Source: Prochlorococcus sp. AG-449-J16
Lineage (GTDB): Bacteria; Cyanobacteriota; Cyanobacteriia; PCC-6307; Cyanobiaceae
Assembly: GCA_003209565.1 (NCBI GenBank)
Contig: QCQK01000003.1
Coordinates: 8,656 to 72,655 of the forward strand
Direction: 5' to 3'
DNA length: 64,000 nt
Below, piece after piece: positions 35,119 to 47,260 of the stretch. The position numbers were made by a program, and so were the translations under genes. Every line of letters begins with the position of its first letter. The first letter of the stretch is position 1. The notes below the pieces were generated by a model. The model searched no databases. It had not been told where the DNA came from and saw nothing but the letters and a program-made list of their open reading frames with translations.

Positions 35119-36702
35119 ATGAATGGGCGATACCCCCAAAAAAATTTTTTAGGTCAGTTAGCGATAGTTTTACATGCTCATATGCCTTATGTCAGGAAAA
35201 ATGAAAAAAACTCGTTAGAAGAGGATTGGTTATTTCAAGCGATTTTGGAATGTTATATACCACTACTTCAGTCAATAGAATCTTCCAAAAATGTAGATCC
35301 TGAAAATACAAAACTTACTATTAGTTTGTCTCCAACATTATTATCACTTCTAAATAATAAAAAAATTCAAGAAACTTTCCCAAGCTGGATTAAAACAAGG
35401 AATGATTTCCTTAACGAACTGCCACTAGAAGAAAAAAATGCCTCTGGATTTTTAATGAAAAATCTTAATGATAAATACTTATATTGGCAAAATTGTTCTG
35501 GAAATTTAATTGAGAAGTTTAGGGTATTAAATAACTCTGGAAATTTGGATATTCTTACTTGTGCCGCTACCCATGGCTATTTACCAATTTTAAGGGAGAA
35601 TCCTGAAACTGTTAAAGGACAAATTAAAACAGCAATTAGGAATCACGAAAATATTTTTGGAACAAAGCCTCTTGGCATTTGGTTGCCTGAATGTGCATAT
35701 TATGAAAAATTAGACGAAATTCTGTTTGATTCTGGAATAAGGTATTCAATCTTAGACGGCCATGGGATTCTAAATTCCACACCAAGGCCGAGGTATGGTG
35801 TGTATGCTCCAATCTGCTCGAAAAAAGGAGTTGCCTTCTTCGGAAGAGATAGTGAGTCAACTTTGCCCGTTTGGTCTGCAAAGGATGGCTTCCCTGGAGA
35901 CAAAGTTTACAGAGAATTTCACAAAGATTTGGGATGGGAATTACCTGTCTCCAAGCTTCAAAAAAAAGGTATATCAACTAAAAGACCTTTGGGTTTGAAG
36001 TTTCATAAAATTACAGATGGAAATATACCTTTGGGGAAAAAAGAGTTTTATTTAGAGAATGAAGCCAATAAAAAGGCTGAAGAACATGCCGATGCTTATC
36101 TTATTGAGAGATCTAAACAATTAGAAAAATTGACTTTATCCTCTTCCTTTAAACCTTTATTGGTAGCTCCATTTGATGCAGAGTTATTTGGTCATTGGTG
36201 GTATGAGGGACCTTTTTTTATTAAAAATATTTTAAAGAACTCTGGTAAATATTCTATTAAGCTTACAAATTTAAAAGAATTCTTACTTCAAAAACCACAT
36301 CTTCAGATTTGTGATCCAATGCCATCAAGCTGGGGGCAAGGTGGTTATCATAATTATTGGATTAATGATGCAAATGCATGGATTGTTCCAGAAATTACAA
36401 AAGCAGGCTCATTCTTTGTTGATTTATGCTCGAAAAATGCTGGTGATGAACAATCTATAAGACTTTTTAATCAAGCAGCAAGAGAATTACTTCTCGCCGA
36501 GTCTTCAGATTGGAGTTTTATCTTAAGAGCCGGTACTACGACTGAACTTGCAAAAGAGAGAATAGAAAGACACTTGTTCAGATTCTGGAAATTAGTTGAA
36601 ATGATTAAAAATCATTCCAATTTTAATTTAAAATTTCTTCAAGATATTGAGGAAGAAGATAAAGTTTTCCCAGATATTAATATTAATGATTGGCAAAAAT
36701 AA
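35119..36702 (+). CDS. GH57 family 1,4-alpha-glucan branching enzyme
   Basis: LHAHMPYV, WLPECAY, PFDAELFGHWWYEG, ESSDW. Confidence 0.92.
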   Translation: MNGRYPQKNFLGQLAIVLHAHMPYVRKNEKNSLEEDWLFQAILECYIPLLQSIESSKNVDPENTKLTISLSPTLLSLLNNKKIQETFPSWIKTRNDFLNELPLEEKNASGFLMKNLNDKYLYWQNCSGNLIEKFRVLNNSGNLDILTCAATHGYLPILRENPETVKGQIKTAIRNHENIFGTKPLGIWLPECAYYEKLDEILFDSGIRYSILDGHGILNSTPRPRYGVYAPICSKKGVAFFGRDSESTLPVWSAKDGFPGDKVYREFHKDLGWELPVSKLQKKGISTKRPLGLKFHKITDGNIPLGKKEFYLENEANKKAEEHADAYLIERSKQLEKLTLSSSFKPLLVAPFDAELFGHWWYEGPFFIKNILKNSGKYSIKLTNLKEFLLQKPHLQICDPMPSSWGQGGYHNYWINDANAWIVPEITKAGSFFVDLCSKNAGDEQSIRLFNQAARELLLAESSDWSFILRAGTTTELAKERIERHLFRFWKLVEMIKNHSNFNLKFLQDIEEEDKVFPDININDWQK

Positions 36703-36707
36703 AAATA

Positions 36708-37919
36708 CTAATTTAACTTAAGCATTCCCAGTTTTACTTTTAAGGGTGAATTTATAAACATCTTACTCATCACGTAAATTAGTTTTGGAAGTGGAAGTGT
36801 ATTAGTAAGGAAACCTACCCATTCATTGGTGGATAATCTAAAGAAATTTGAGAAAAAGCTTCTTAATTTACTTTCATCAAAACTCATTAATCTTCTTAGG
36901 CCATATTGATAAAGTTTATGCCTTTGTGTTAATTCGTATGGCCATAGGACATCCCAACCTTTTGTTGCTATCTCTAGAGAACTTAGCTCAGGTTTTTTTA
37001 AAATGAATGCTAATTTTTCTGCAAGGAGCGGAGCCCTTCTTAATAATGATCCGATCATATAACCTGATGCAGGATGCACCATGCTTGCGGCACCTCCAAA
37101 ACCAAGAACAAATTGTTTTTTGAATGGAAGGGGCAAATTCATTGGGAAAAGGCAATTTTCCTCATGAAAAATTTCACTTACCTTAATACCCTTACTATTA
37201 AGTCTTTGAAGTAATCTTTTCTTAAGATTTTCTTGAGATAATGCAGGATAACTAGCTAATGATGTTTCTTCAACAAAAAAAGTTTCATTTCCTAGATCCA
37301 TTGCATAAAGAAAGGAGGGAGATGATAACTTTTCTTCATTATTTAAATGGTTTGGACGAAAATCCATCAAAACAAACTGTTCCTTATTAACAGGTGGTGA
37401 TGAAAATTTACCAACAATTCCATAAGCAGCTTGCTGAGCTATCTCGTTCTGAACTGGTCTTTTTACGAATTTACTTTTATGACCACTTGCGTCAATAACT
37501 AACCTTGCCTTTATTTTTAGACCTGAAAAACAAATTACTTCAGATAGTTTATTTTTCTCTCTAATGTCTTTTGCAGTTTCATGCAACCATTCAATCCCTT
37601 TACATTTTTTTAAAAGTTCATTTTGAAAGGCTTCTTGATTTATTAAACCATAATCGTAGCAATGTTTTGTAGGAGCATCTCCCTTTTTATTTTCCCCATT
37701 CCCAAAAAAACTAACTGTTTTAGACCATCTGTGGGATAACAATGAATCTAGTCCTAATTCCTCTAATTCAGACGCCCATATACCATATGTATTCTCCCAT
37801 TTTTCATTAGGAGATTTTGTTGATATTCCCTTTATATTTAAATCCTGCTTGGCTAATTCTGAAGCTAAACATAATGCTGCAGGTCCAGAACCTAAAATTA
37901 AAATATCAAGTATTTCCAT
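36708..37919 (-). CDS. crtL: Lycopene cyclase (CrtL type, probably beta-cyclase)
   Basis: ILGSGPAA dinucleotide fold, YGIW, QAAYG, FVEETSL, VHPASGY. Confidence 0.9.
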   Translation of the reverse strand: MEILDILILGSGPAALCLASELAKQDLNIKGISTKSPNEKWENTYGIWASELEELGLDSLLSHRWSKTVSFFGNGENKKGDAPTKHCYDYGLINQEAFQNELLKKCKGIEWLHETAKDIREKNKLSEVICFSGLKIKARLVIDASGHKSKFVKRPVQNEIAQQAAYGIVGKFSSPPVNKEQFVLMDFRPNHLNNEEKLSSPSFLYAMDLGNETFFVEETSLASYPALSQENLKKRLLQRLNSKGIKVSEIFHEENCLFPMNLPLPFKKQFVLGFGGAASMVHPASGYMIGSLLRRAPLLAEKLAFILKKPELSSLEIATKGWDVLWPYELTQRHKLYQYGLRRLMSFDESKLRSFFSNFFRLSTNEWVGFLTNTLPLPKLIYVMSKMFINSPLKVKLGMLKLN

Positions 37920-37943
37920 ATCATTTAATCAATCATTTTTCTT

Positions 37944-40541
37944 TTAATTTTTTTCACCTGAACTAATTTGAACATTTTCCTCATTTTGTTCACGAGGCAC
38001 TAATACTACTTCTGATAAATGATCACCTTCATCCAATCTTTGTAATTTTACTCCAGTAGCTGCTCTGGATTGTTGAGAAATTTTATCTGCGCTTGTTCTA
38101 ACTATCACGCCTTTTTCGGTCACAAGAAGTAATTCTTCTCCCTCTCCAAGAACCTTCAAACAAACTAGTACATCATCTTTGATTCTGAATTTAATCGCTC
38201 TTAAACCCATACCAGCTCTTTTTTGTAATCTAAACTGAGTCACAGGGACTCTCTTCCCAAGTCCGAATGCACTGGCTATTAAAACCCAGGGACCATCTGA
38301 AGAGTTTTCCTCTAAATTATCATCAACCTCTTTAGTGAGGTCTTCTATTTTAGCCAATTTATCAACTAAATTAGATGTTAAAACATCCATGGAAACTAGA
38401 TTGTCTCCTACTCTCAAATTCATGGATTTAACCCCTCTTGCTGTCCTGCCAAGTGGCCTTAATTCATTATTATCTAGTCTGAAATGAATAGCCATTCCTG
38501 TTTCTGATCCAATTAAAACACTATCACCTTCTTTTGATAATCTTACCCAGGTTAGGGCATCTCCATCTTCAAGATTAATTGCTATTAATCCATTTGAGCG
38601 AATTTTTGAAAAAGCTGAAAGTGCAGTTCTTTTTATGAAGCCAGCCTTGGTTAGCATTAAAAGATAACGATCATCGACAAATGAATCCACAGCAACTAGG
38701 GATGTTATTTTTTCTTCTCTTGGGATAGGGAGAAGTTGAACTGATGGAGTACCTTTTGCTGTTCTGCTACTCATAGGAACTCTATAAGCTGGAAGAGCAT
38801 AAGCTACACCTCTATCACTGAAAAGCAAAAGAGTGTCATGGTCGTTACAGCTTATAAATAATTTCACGTCATCATCTTCTTGAGTTTTAGTGCCAGCTTT
38901 ACCCCTTGAACCACGACTAGTAGATTCAAATTCATTTACAGGCATTCTTTTTAAATAACCTGCTTCTGTTAACAGAACTACGGATCTGTCATTAGCTATG
39001 AGATCAATATCATCTAATCCTCCACCTAAATCTAATATTTCTGTTTTTCTAGGAGAAGAGAATCTTTCATTGATTTTATTAAGTTCTTCAAGAATAATTT
39101 CGTTAATTTTTTCTTTACTACTTAGTATTTGCTCATATTGGATGATTCTTTGTGTTAGTTCATCATGTTCTGCTTTGATTTTATCTGACTCAAGAGCAGT
39201 TAATCTTCTTAACTGCATTTGTAAAATAGCGTCTGCCTGCGTAGAAGATAATTCATGATCAGTCTGTAATTTTTCTCTAGCTGAAATTGAATCTTTCGCT
39301 GATCTTATTAAATTTATTATTTCATCCATAGCATCCAAGGCTAATAAAAGACCCTTTACTATATGATCTCTTTCTTCAGCCTTTTTTAATAAAAATCCTG
39401 TTCTTCGCCTTATTGTTTCTACTCTAAAATCTAGAAATACATCTAACATTTTCCTGAGTGAGAGAGTTGTGGGCTCTCCTTTAACAAGGGCTAGAATATT
39501 GGCGCTAAAGTTGTTTTGTAGAGGTGTTAACTTAAATAAATTATTTAGGACAACTTGTGGATAGGCTTCTCTTTTCAACTCAATAACAATTCTCATTCCA
39601 TCTCGATCACTTTCATCTCTAATATCGGAAATCCCTTCTAATTTTTTTTCATTAACCATATCTGCAATTCTCTCAATCAAGCCCGCTTTGTTAGTTTGAA
39701 ATGGAAGTTCCGTAATTATTACGGCATCTTTTTCTGCTCTACCAGCTGATTTAATTTGCTCAATATTTGCCACACCTCTCATAGTTATTGAACCTTTTCC
39801 TGTTTTGAAAGTTTCTCTGATTCCATCTCTCCCTAAGATTTGTCCACCAGTTGGAAAATCAGGACCCTTAATTAGTTCAAAAAGTTCTCTATCTTCAATA
39901 GAAGGGTTTTTGATGATTGATTTGAGACCATTGATTAATTCTCCCAAGTTATGGGGTGGAATGTTAGTTGCCATTCCTACTGCTATTCCAGATGATCCAT
40001 TTAAAAGTAGTTGGGGGATTCTAGCAGGTAAAACCGTAGGCTCTTGTTGAGATCCGTCAAAGTTATCAGCGAAATCTACAGTTTCAGATTCAATATCCTC
40101 CAGTAAACTTTCATCTGTGAGAGATTGTAGACGAGATTCGGTATATCTCATTGCTGCAGGAGGGTCGTTATCTACAGAACCAAAATTTCCATGACCATCT
40201 ATAAGCGGCATCCTCATAGAAAAATCCTGAGCCATCCTCACTAAAGCATCATAGACAGCAGTATCACCGTGAGGGTGGTATTTGCCTAGTACTTCCCCTA
40301 CAACTCTTGCGCATTTTCTATATGGTCTGCCACTAGTTAAACCAAGTTCATACATTGCATAAAGAATTCTTCTATGAACAGGCTTTAATCCATCCCTCGC
40401 ATCTGGAAGCGCACGGCCTACAATGACGCTCATTGCATACTCAAGATAAGAGTGAGACATCTCATTTCTCAAGTCTGTCTGAATAATTCGATCGCTATCT
40501 TCGCTTAATCCAGAGTTGCCGGAATCTATAATATCAGACAT
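37944..40541 (-). CDS. gyrA: DNA gyrase subunit A
   Basis: [25 protein letters not shown] catalytic Tyr, beta-pinwheel CTD. Confidence 0.95.
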   Translation of the reverse strand: MSDIIDSGNSGLSEDSDRIIQTDLRNEMSHSYLEYAMSVIVGRALPDARDGLKPVHRRILYAMYELGLTSGRPYRKCARVVGEVLGKYHPHGDTAVYDALVRMAQDFSMRMPLIDGHGNFGSVDNDPPAAMRYTESRLQSLTDESLLEDIESETVDFADNFDGSQQEPTVLPARIPQLLLNGSSGIAVGMATNIPPHNLGELINGLKSIIKNPSIEDRELFELIKGPDFPTGGQILGRDGIRETFKTGKGSITMRGVANIEQIKSAGRAEKDAVIITELPFQTNKAGLIERIADMVNEKKLEGISDIRDESDRDGMRIVIELKREAYPQVVLNNLFKLTPLQNNFSANILALVKGEPTTLSLRKMLDVFLDFRVETIRRRTGFLLKKAEERDHIVKGLLLALDAMDEIINLIRSAKDSISAREKLQTDHELSSTQADAILQMQLRRLTALESDKIKAEHDELTQRIIQYEQILSSKEKINEIILEELNKINERFSSPRKTEILDLGGGLDDIDLIANDRSVVLLTEAGYLKRMPVNEFESTSRGSRGKAGTKTQEDDDVKLFISCNDHDTLLLFSDRGVAYALPAYRVPMSSRTAKGTPSVQLLPIPREEKITSLVAVDSFVDDRYLLMLTKAGFIKRTALSAFSKIRSNGLIAINLEDGDALTWVRLSKEGDSVLIGSETGMAIHFRLDNNELRPLGRTARGVKSMNLRVGDNLVSMDVLTSNLVDKLAKIEDLTKEVDDNLEENSSDGPWVLIASAFGLGKRVPVTQFRLQKRAGMGLRAIKFRIKDDVLVCLKVLGEGEELLLVTEKGVIVRTSADKISQQSRAATGVKLQRLDEGDHLSEVVLVPREQNEENVQISSGEKN

Positions 40542-40721
40542 ATAAAAAACCTTTCTTTAATAATAATCGCTGATTGTCATAATGAATAAAAAAAAAGATA
40601 TATTTAATTCCTAAATACTCACATTTACACACAAATTAAAAAAAAACCTGTTGTTTTTGAATAAACCTTGGCTTATTGCCCCTTTAGTTGTTAATTTAAT
40701 CAGAATATATAGTAAAATTTC

Positions 40722-41885
40722 GTGAATATTGAACTTGGTTTAAACAAAAAAGTCAGAAGGGCTTATGGCATCGACGAAATAGCATTGGTTCCTGGCAATA
40801 AAACTCTTGACTACGATTTGACTGATCCTTCCTGGTTTATAGGCAATTTAAAGAGAGAGGTTCCTATCGTCGCTAGTGCTATGGACAGTGTTGTTGATGT
40901 GAATACAGCAGTAGAACTAACCAAGTTGGGTGCTTTAGGCGTTATTAATATGGAGGGAATACAAACAAGGTATAACAATCCTGATGATATTTTAAATCAA
41001 ATATCATCTCTAGGGAAAAATGACTTTGTTCCATTTATGCAGAAGGTATATAGTGAACCAATAAAGGAAGAATTGATTTTACAAAGAATAAATGAGGTTA
41101 AAGAAAGAGGAGGCATCGCTGCTTTAAGTGGGACTCCACAGGCTGTCATTAAATTCAAAGAAACTCTTAATAATTCTCAAATTGATTTATTTTTCCTTCA
41201 AGGAACAGTCGTTTCAACTGAGCATATTGGAATGGAAGGTAAGGAAATCTTAAATATTAAAGATCTCTGTCAATCTATGAAAGTCCCAGTAATAGCAGGT
41301 AATTGTGTTACTTACGAAGTTGCCAAACTTCTGATGAATGCTGGAGTCTCAGGATTAATGGTTGGTATAGGCCCTGGAGCAGCATGTACTTCAAGAGGTG
41401 TTTTAGGAATTGGAATTCCTCAGGCAACTGCAATTGCTGATTGTAGTTCGGCAAGAGATGATTATTTTAAAGAAAGTGGTCGTTATATTCCTATTATTGG
41501 AGATGGAGGAATAGTAACGGGTGGAGATATTTGCAAATGTTTAGCCTGTGGTGCAGACGCTGTAATGATTGGTTCGCCAATAGCTAAAGCCTCAAATGCC
41601 CCTGGTAAGGGATTTCACTGGGGTATGGCTACTCCAAGCCCCATTTTGCCAAGGGGTACAAGAATTCAAGTTGGGTCTACAGGATCCCTAGAAAGGATAA
41701 TAAAGGGTCCTGCTTTACTTGATGATGGTACACATAACTTGTTAGGGGCTATTAGAACATCTATGAGTACTCTTGGGGCTAAAAACATCAAAGAAATGCA
41801 AGAGGTTGAAATAGTTATTGCACCATCTCTTTTAACAGAGGGTAAGGTTTATCAAAAAGCTCAGCAGCTTGGGATGGGTAAATAG
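40722..41885 (+). CDS. guaB: IMP dehydrogenase family (GuaB3, no CBS domains)
   Basis: SAMD, GIGPGAACTSR catalytic Cys, DGG, WGMA. Confidence 0.92.
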   Translation: MNIELGLNKKVRRAYGIDEIALVPGNKTLDYDLTDPSWFIGNLKREVPIVASAMDSVVDVNTAVELTKLGALGVINMEGIQTRYNNPDDILNQISSLGKNDFVPFMQKVYSEPIKEELILQRINEVKERGGIAALSGTPQAVIKFKETLNNSQIDLFFLQGTVVSTEHIGMEGKEILNIKDLCQSMKVPVIAGNCVTYEVAKLLMNAGVSGLMVGIGPGAACTSRGVLGIGIPQATAIADCSSARDDYFKESGRYIPIIGDGGIVTGGDICKCLACGADAVMIGSPIAKASNAPGKGFHWGMATPSPILPRGTRIQVGSTGSLERIIKGPALLDDGTHNLLGAIRTSMSTLGAKNIKEMQEVEIVIAPSLLTEGKVYQKAQQLGMGK

Positions 41886-41966
41886 TCTATTGGGATTAAA
41901 ATCATAAACCTTAGTTAATTGTGCATTTAATTGAACAATTTTCGTATTTAGAGTTATTATAAAATG

Positions 41967-42023
41967 ATGGGGGAAACCCCATACTCCTCACACACTAAAT
42001 CGCCCGATTATTCGGGCTTTTTT
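41967..42023 (+). ncRNA. yfr1: Yfr1 cyanobacterial small RNA
   Basis: 5' hairpin ATGGGG-GAAA-CCCCAT, conserved ACTCCTCACAC (41983-93), terminator GCCCGA-TTAT-TCGGGC-T6, -10 TATTAT at 41955-60; known guaB-yfr1-trxA position. Confidence 0.95.
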
Positions 42024-42115
42024 AGATATTTTTGTTACTTATATTATTTTATCTGTAATGAAATCATCACTTAAAAGAATTGCCTGCTAAATTTTCTAAA
42101 AGGAATACTTAAATT

Positions 42116-42439
42116 ATGTCATCAGCTCCAGCCGTAACTGATTCTTCATTTGACAAAGATGTACTGCAAAGTGATTTGCCAGTATTGGTTGATTTTTGGG
42201 CGCCATGGTGTGGTCCATGCAGGATGGTTGCACCAGTTGTAGAAGAAATCTCAAAAGACTTTGAAGGGAAAATTAAGGTTTTTAAATTGAATACCGATGA
42301 AAACCCAAACGTTGCTAGTCAATATGGAATTAGAAGTATCCCAACATTAATGATCTTTAAAGGAGGTCAAAAGGTTGATACAGTTGTTGGAGCCGTACCA
42401 AAAGCAACTCTTTCTAGCACTTTAACTAAGCATTTATAA
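42116..42439 (+). CDS. trxA: Thioredoxin (m-type)
   Basis: WAPWCGPC active site. Confidence 0.98.
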   Translation: MSSAPAVTDSSFDKDVLQSDLPVLVDFWAPWCGPCRMVAPVVEEISKDFEGKIKVFKLNTDENPNVASQYGIRSIPTLMIFKGGQKVDTVVGAVPKATLSSTLTKHL

Positions 42440-42451
42440 CTATAAAGAGCT

Positions 42452-43069
42452 TTGCATAAAATTGGACTTATAGACTATGGGATGGGTAATATCCATTCCG
42501 TAACAAAATCTCTAGAAAGTCTTGGAGAAGAAATATTATTAATTAAAAATTTTAATGATTCCATGTCATGTAAGGCGATAATACTCCCTGGAGTGGGGGC
42601 CTTTGATCCTGCAATGACTAATCTAATAAATACGGATTTAATAAATGATTTGAAAAATTGGATTAAAAGTGGGAAGTCTTTTTTGGGTATTTGTTTAGGC
42701 CTTCAACTCCTTTTTGAATCTAGTGAAGAAGGTAAAGTTCCAGGACTAGGTATTTTAAATGGAAAAATACAAAGAATTCCTAATGTTGTTAATCAAAGGA
42801 TCCCTCATATGGGTTGGTGCCAACTTTTACCTACAAAACAAAATACCTTATTAGGGTTAGAAGAATTAAATAATTGGGTCTATTTTGTACATTCCTTTCA
42901 TGCAATTCCAGATGATTTAAATATTATTGCAGCTCAGGTTAATTATGGTTCTGAAAAGTTAACAGCGATGATTGAGAGTGATAATTTATTAGCATGTCAA
43001 TTTCATCCAGAAAAATCTGGTAAAACAGGAGAAAAATTTTTGAGAAGATGGCTTAATAATATTCAATAA
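42452..43069 (+). CDS. hisH: Imidazole glycerol phosphate synthase glutaminase subunit
   Basis: IDYGMGN, LPGVG, GICLG, QFHPEKS. Confidence 0.96.
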   Translation: MHKIGLIDYGMGNIHSVTKSLESLGEEILLIKNFNDSMSCKAIILPGVGAFDPAMTNLINTDLINDLKNWIKSGKSFLGICLGLQLLFESSEEGKVPGLGILNGKIQRIPNVVNQRIPHMGWCQLLPTKQNTLLGLEELNNWVYFVHSFHAIPDDLNIIAAQVNYGSEKLTAMIESDNLLACQFHPEKSGKTGEKFLRRWLNNIQ

Positions 43070-43082
43070 CTAATAATAAAGG

Positions 43083-43682
43083 ATGAAGACAAACTTAAGA
43101 TTAATAGGTGGTAAAAGACTTCAAAGTCCTAAGAATATTTATACGAGGCCAACAACATTGAGAGTAAGAGAGGCTTTATTTAATATATTGAATAATAAAG
43201 TTGAAAATAGTAATTGGTTAGATTTATTTAGTGGCACAGGTGCCATATCTTGTGAAGCATATAATCATGGGGCAAGAAAAATAATTGCAATTGAAAAAAA
43301 CAAAAACAACTCAAAAATTTGTTTGAGAAATCTACTTTCGTTGCAAGATATAGATAGTAGGAAAAATGATATCGATGTTATTTGTAAGGACGTTCTGAAC
43401 TGGACAAAACCAAACTACGAAAGAAACTTGACATCCAAAATTATAGATTTAAACAAATTAAAATTTGATTTTGTTTATCTGGACCCACCATATGATGTGG
43501 ACTTCCATGAATTAGTTTTAACTCAAATATTCAATTGTAATTTTTTAAAAAAAAATTCAATAGTTATTTGTGAACATTCTCCTAACCTATATTTAAAAAA
43601 AAGTTCATTATGGGAAACTATAGATGTTAGAGACTATGGGCAGTCAAGACTAACATTTTTAATCAATGTCCAACATCCCTGA
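43083..43682 (+). CDS. rsmD: 16S rRNA m2G966 methyltransferase
   Basis: [23 protein letters not shown]. Confidence 0.92.
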   Translation: MKTNLRLIGGKRLQSPKNIYTRPTTLRVREALFNILNNKVENSNWLDLFSGTGAISCEAYNHGARKIIAIEKNKNNSKICLRNLLSLQDIDSRKNDIDVICKDVLNWTKPNYERNLTSKIIDLNKLKFDFVYLDPPYDVDFHELVLTQIFNCNFLKKNSIVICEHSPNLYLKKSSLWETIDVRDYGQSRLTFLINVQHP

Positions 43683-43778
43683 ACCCCTTCTGTATTGATT
43701 CCATGCACTGACGAACAATCCAAGAAGAGTTATTGGAACTAAACCTAAAACAATTCCACATAGAAGAGGCTCGATCAT
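43659..43778 (-). CDS. petG: Cytochrome b6f subunit V
   Basis: Not in ORF track. Manual translation [39 protein letters not shown] (39 aa). Confidence 0.96.
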   Translation of the reverse strand: MIEPLLCGIVLGLVPITLLGLFVSAWNQYRRGSGMLDID

Positions 43779-43833
43779 TTTTTTGCCTTTTTTGAATTTC
43801 TTATTCACAATTGTTACATAGAGAATATTTTTT

Positions 43834-44220
43834 GTGTCAACATCTTCATCATCTGCAGCAGAAAGAGACTTTAAAAGAGATTTTTTGAAAATCTTTTTTA
43901 TTATTTTTGTTGTTTTATTGATATGTTTTTCAATATTTTTCGTAAATCATCATGAAAATAATAAATATATTATTGAAACTCTTGAGCTTAATGGCTCTGC
44001 TGAGGAAGGTAATGCTCTTTTTAAGGTAAATTGCGTTGGATGTCATGGAATTACAGCAAGGGGATTAGTAGGCCCTGATTTACACTCAATAACTCAGCGT
44101 TTGAATGATAAGGAGATAATTAAACAAGTTACTGGCGGCCTCACTCCTCCTATGCCAAGTTTTGAAATTGATCCTGTAAATATGTCCAATTTATTAAAAT
44201 ATCTTCATAGCCTTGAATGA
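43834..44220 (+). CDS. cytM: Cytochrome cM
   Basis: N-terminal TM, CVGCH heme motif, GPDL, PPMP axial Met; divergent from petG. Confidence 0.88.
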   Translation: MSTSSSSAAERDFKRDFLKIFFIIFVVLLICFSIFFVNHHENNKYIIETLELNGSAEEGNALFKVNCVGCHGITARGLVGPDLHSITQRLNDKEIIKQVTGGLTPPMPSFEIDPVNMSNLLKYLHSLE

Positions 44221-44969
44221 TTTTGGAGAAAAATTTTTCTAATTTAAATTTAATATTAGTTGAACCAAATGGCTCTTTAAATGTTGGAAGTGTTGCTAGA
44301 TTGTGCTCTAACTTTGAAGTTGATGAATTAAGAATTGTTTCTCCAAAGTGCGATATTTTCTCTTTAGAAGCAAAAAAAATGGCACTTAAAGGTCGAAAAT
44401 TTCTTGAACATTGTAAGATTTTCGATAGTCTTGAAAAAGCAATTTTAGATTGTGATTTAGTTTTAGCATCTTGTGGAAGGATCGAAGTAAGTAAAGATTC
44501 ATTTTTTGAATCTTCTGAAGATATATTTGATTGGACTTTATCCTTTAAGAAGATAAATAATTTAGCAATTATATTTGGAAGAGAAGATAGAGGTTTAACT
44601 AACAGTGAATTGCTTCTGGCAAATAAAACTTTTAATATTCCAACTTCACAGAAAAATCCTTCGTTAAATCTTTCTCACGCTGTTTCAATAGTTTTGTATG
44701 AATTAAACAAGTCTTCTAAAAAGAATTTAAATAATGAATTAAAAGTTTTTAATCTTGCATCGTCAAAACAAATACATGATTCGTTTGTGGAGATCGAGGA
44801 AATGCTTTTGCGAGTTGGATATCTCTTAGAACATACCTCCAACACAAAAATTAGTAAATTTAAGAATTTTATTTTGAGGGCAAATACATCAATGCACGAA
44901 ATAAATGTTTTAAGAGGAATTGTCCATCAAATAAACTGGTTTTTAAATAATTCCAAAAAAAATAAGTAA
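44217..44969 (+). CDS. trmJ: SPOUT tRNA methyltransferase (TrmJ/LasT)
   Basis: LVEP....NVGSVAR, FGREDRGL, PSLNLSHAV. Confidence 0.88.
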   Translation: MILEKNFSNLNLILVEPNGSLNVGSVARLCSNFEVDELRIVSPKCDIFSLEAKKMALKGRKFLEHCKIFDSLEKAILDCDLVLASCGRIEVSKDSFFESSEDIFDWTLSFKKINNLAIIFGREDRGLTNSELLLANKTFNIPTSQKNPSLNLSHAVSIVLYELNKSSKKNLNNELKVFNLASSKQIHDSFVEIEEMLLRVGYLLEHTSNTKISKFKNFILRANTSMHEINVLRGIVHQINWFLNNSKKNK

Positions 44970-45086
44970 GTATAAATTTGATTAGTTATTATTTACTTCT
45001 TGTTTTAATTTGATATGGATATTTACTAAAAACATTTTCTGAAGTAGCATCTATTGATTATTTGAATATTTAAGAAAACTAAAACT

Positions 45087-46175
45087 GTGCCTACAACAAA
45101 GAAAAGAAGAGTTTTCCCTTTTACAGCTGTAATTGGTCAGGAAGAAATGAAATTAGCTCTCTTATTAAATGTTATTGATCCAAGAATTGGAGGAGTAATG
45201 ATAATGGGCGATAGAGGGACTGGAAAGTCCACTACAATCAGAGCCTTAGCTGATTTGTTGCCTGCAATCGATGTTGTTAAAGACGATCCATATAATAGTT
45301 CACTAGTCGATCCTGATTTACAAAGTAAAGAAGTTTTGGAAAAAATAACTCAAGGAGAAAATCTAGAGAGTATTCAAAAACAAGTACCTATGGTTGACTT
45401 GCCTTTGGGAGCAACTGAAGACAGGCTTTGTGGAACCATTGATATAGAGAAAGCTTTGAGCGAAGGTGTTAAGGCATTCGAACCAGGTCTATTGGCAAAA
45501 GCTAATAGGGGTTTACTATACGTTGATGAAGTAAATTTACTTGATGATCATTTAGTTGATGTACTTTTAGATTCGGCAGCTTCCGGATGGAATACAGTTG
45601 AAAGGGAGGGGGTCTCGGTTCGACATCCTGCCAGGTTTGTCCTTATTGGTTCAGGGAATCCAGAAGAAGGTGAATTAAGGCCTCAACTATTGGATAGGTT
45701 TGGAATGAGTGTTGAAGTTAAGACAGTTAGAGATGCTGAATTAAGAGTTCAAGTAGTTGATCAAAGAACTTCTTTTGATGATAATCCTGATGAGTTTTCA
45801 TTGAGTGTTGAGAAACAACAGTATGAACTTCAGCAAAAAGTTATTAAAGCACAAGAAATACTAAATTCTGTTCAAATGGACGATGATTTAAGATTGAATA
45901 TTTCTGCAATCTGCGGAGAACTAGATGTGGATGGTTTACGTGGAGATATTGTTACAAATAGGTCTGCAAGAGCAATTGCAGCATTTGAGGGAAGAACTGA
46001 AGTCCAAGAAGATGACATAGCAAGGGTAATCTCTTGCTCTTTAAGACATAGACTTAGAAAAGATCCCTTAGAACAGGTTGATTCAGGTGAAAGAGTCATT
46101 CAAGCTTTTTGCAAAGTTTTTGATTATGATGAAAAAGAAAATTTTTCAAAATTTCAATTGTCTGCTGAAGCTTAA
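45087..46175 (+). CDS. chlI: Magnesium chelatase ATPase subunit I
   Basis: [46 protein letters not shown]. Confidence 0.98.
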   Translation: MPTTKKRRVFPFTAVIGQEEMKLALLLNVIDPRIGGVMIMGDRGTGKSTTIRALADLLPAIDVVKDDPYNSSLVDPDLQSKEVLEKITQGENLESIQKQVPMVDLPLGATEDRLCGTIDIEKALSEGVKAFEPGLLAKANRGLLYVDEVNLLDDHLVDVLLDSAASGWNTVEREGVSVRHPARFVLIGSGNPEEGELRPQLLDRFGMSVEVKTVRDAELRVQVVDQRTSFDDNPDEFSLSVEKQQYELQQKVIKAQEILNSVQMDDDLRLNISAICGELDVDGLRGDIVTNRSARAIAAFEGRTEVQEDDIARVISCSLRHRLRKDPLEQVDSGERVIQAFCKVFDYDEKENFSKFQLSAEA

Positions 46176-46180
46176 TAAAA

Positions 46181-46654
46181 GTGAGAATAATTGGGATAGA
46201 TCCTGGCTTAGCTAGAGTTGGTTATGGAATAATTGAGATCAAAAATGAAAGAAAGATATTACTAGACTGCGGCGTTATTGAGACAGGTAAAGATAAAAAA
46301 GAAGAAGATAGACTTTATGAGATATTCCAAGATCTTAGTGAATTAATAAATCATTGGAACCCAACTGCAGCGGCAGTGGAAAAATTTTTCTTTTACAGGT
46401 CAAGCACTACCATTAGTGTGGTGCAGGCCAGAGGTGTGATTATGATGGTATTGGCCTCTAAGAAAATTCTTGTAAGTGAGTATTCACCTGCTCAGATAAA
46501 ATTAACAATTGCCGGGTCTGGAAAGGCATCTAAGAAAGATATTCTTGATGCTGTAATGTATGACTTAGATCTTAATAAACCTCCAAAACCTGATGATTCA
46601 GCAGATGCATTGGCCATAGCACTTACAAAACTAAATGAGGTCGGCTTTAACTGA
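46181..46654 (+). CDS. ruvC: Holliday junction resolvase RuvC
   Basis: [27 protein letters not shown]. Confidence 0.96.
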   Translation: MRIIGIDPGLARVGYGIIEIKNERKILLDCGVIETGKDKKEEDRLYEIFQDLSELINHWNPTAAAVEKFFFYRSSTTISVVQARGVIMMVLASKKILVSEYSPAQIKLTIAGSGKASKKDILDAVMYDLDLNKPPKPDDSADALAIALTKLNEVGFN

Positions 46655-46663
46655 AAATTTAAT

Positions 46664-47221
46664 ATGGTAATCTTTGAAAACAAGAAATTGGAAAGGGATA
46701 CTTTTAGAAAACTTAGAGATGGGATATCTCTTAATCAAAGAAAAAATGTAGAAAAGAATGTAAGAATATATATTGATTCATTTTTTAAGGGCTATAAAAA
46801 TATTGGTTATATAGCCATATATTGGCCTCTAAAAAATGAAGTTGATATAAGAAGTCTCAAGAAAAAATTTACTTTAGCTTTGCCTAGATGTAAAGATAAA
46901 AAAGAGTTGTTATTTTATCCTTGGGACGAAAAACCTCTTACCAAAGATACTGAGGGGATACTAAGTCCAAATAACTCCTCCCCATTAAGTCATTTGCAGA
47001 TAAGTATGATATTTGTACCATGTCTTTCCGTTGATAAAAATTTAACAAGATTAGGTTATGGAGGAGGTTATTTTGATAAATTAAGGAGAGATAATGATTG
47101 GAGAAATGTTCCATGCATTGGCGTATTAACTTCTAATTGTGTAAGTACTATTCCATTAACCAGAGCTGATTGGGATATTCCTCTATCGGGCTTTATCACA
47201 GAAAAAGAAATATTTGTATAA
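46664..47221 (+). CDS. 5-formyltetrahydrofolate cyclo-ligase
   Basis: YWPLKNEVD, VPCL.VD, RLGYGGGYFDK. Confidence 0.92.
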   Translation: MVIFENKKLERDTFRKLRDGISLNQRKNVEKNVRIYIDSFFKGYKNIGYIAIYWPLKNEVDIRSLKKKFTLALPRCKDKKELLFYPWDEKPLTKDTEGILSPNNSSPLSHLQISMIFVPCLSVDKNLTRLGYGGGYFDKLRRDNDWRNVPCIGVLTSNCVSTIPLTRADWDIPLSGFITEKEIFV

Positions 47222-47260
47222 TAGAAGATTCATAAAGTGATTAATTTATAGTTTTAAAAA

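Noticed and set aside
46654-46664. 6S RNA upstream of 5-formyl-THF cyclo-ligase (as in proteobacteria)
   Set aside because: The gap is only about 10 nt, leaving no room for it
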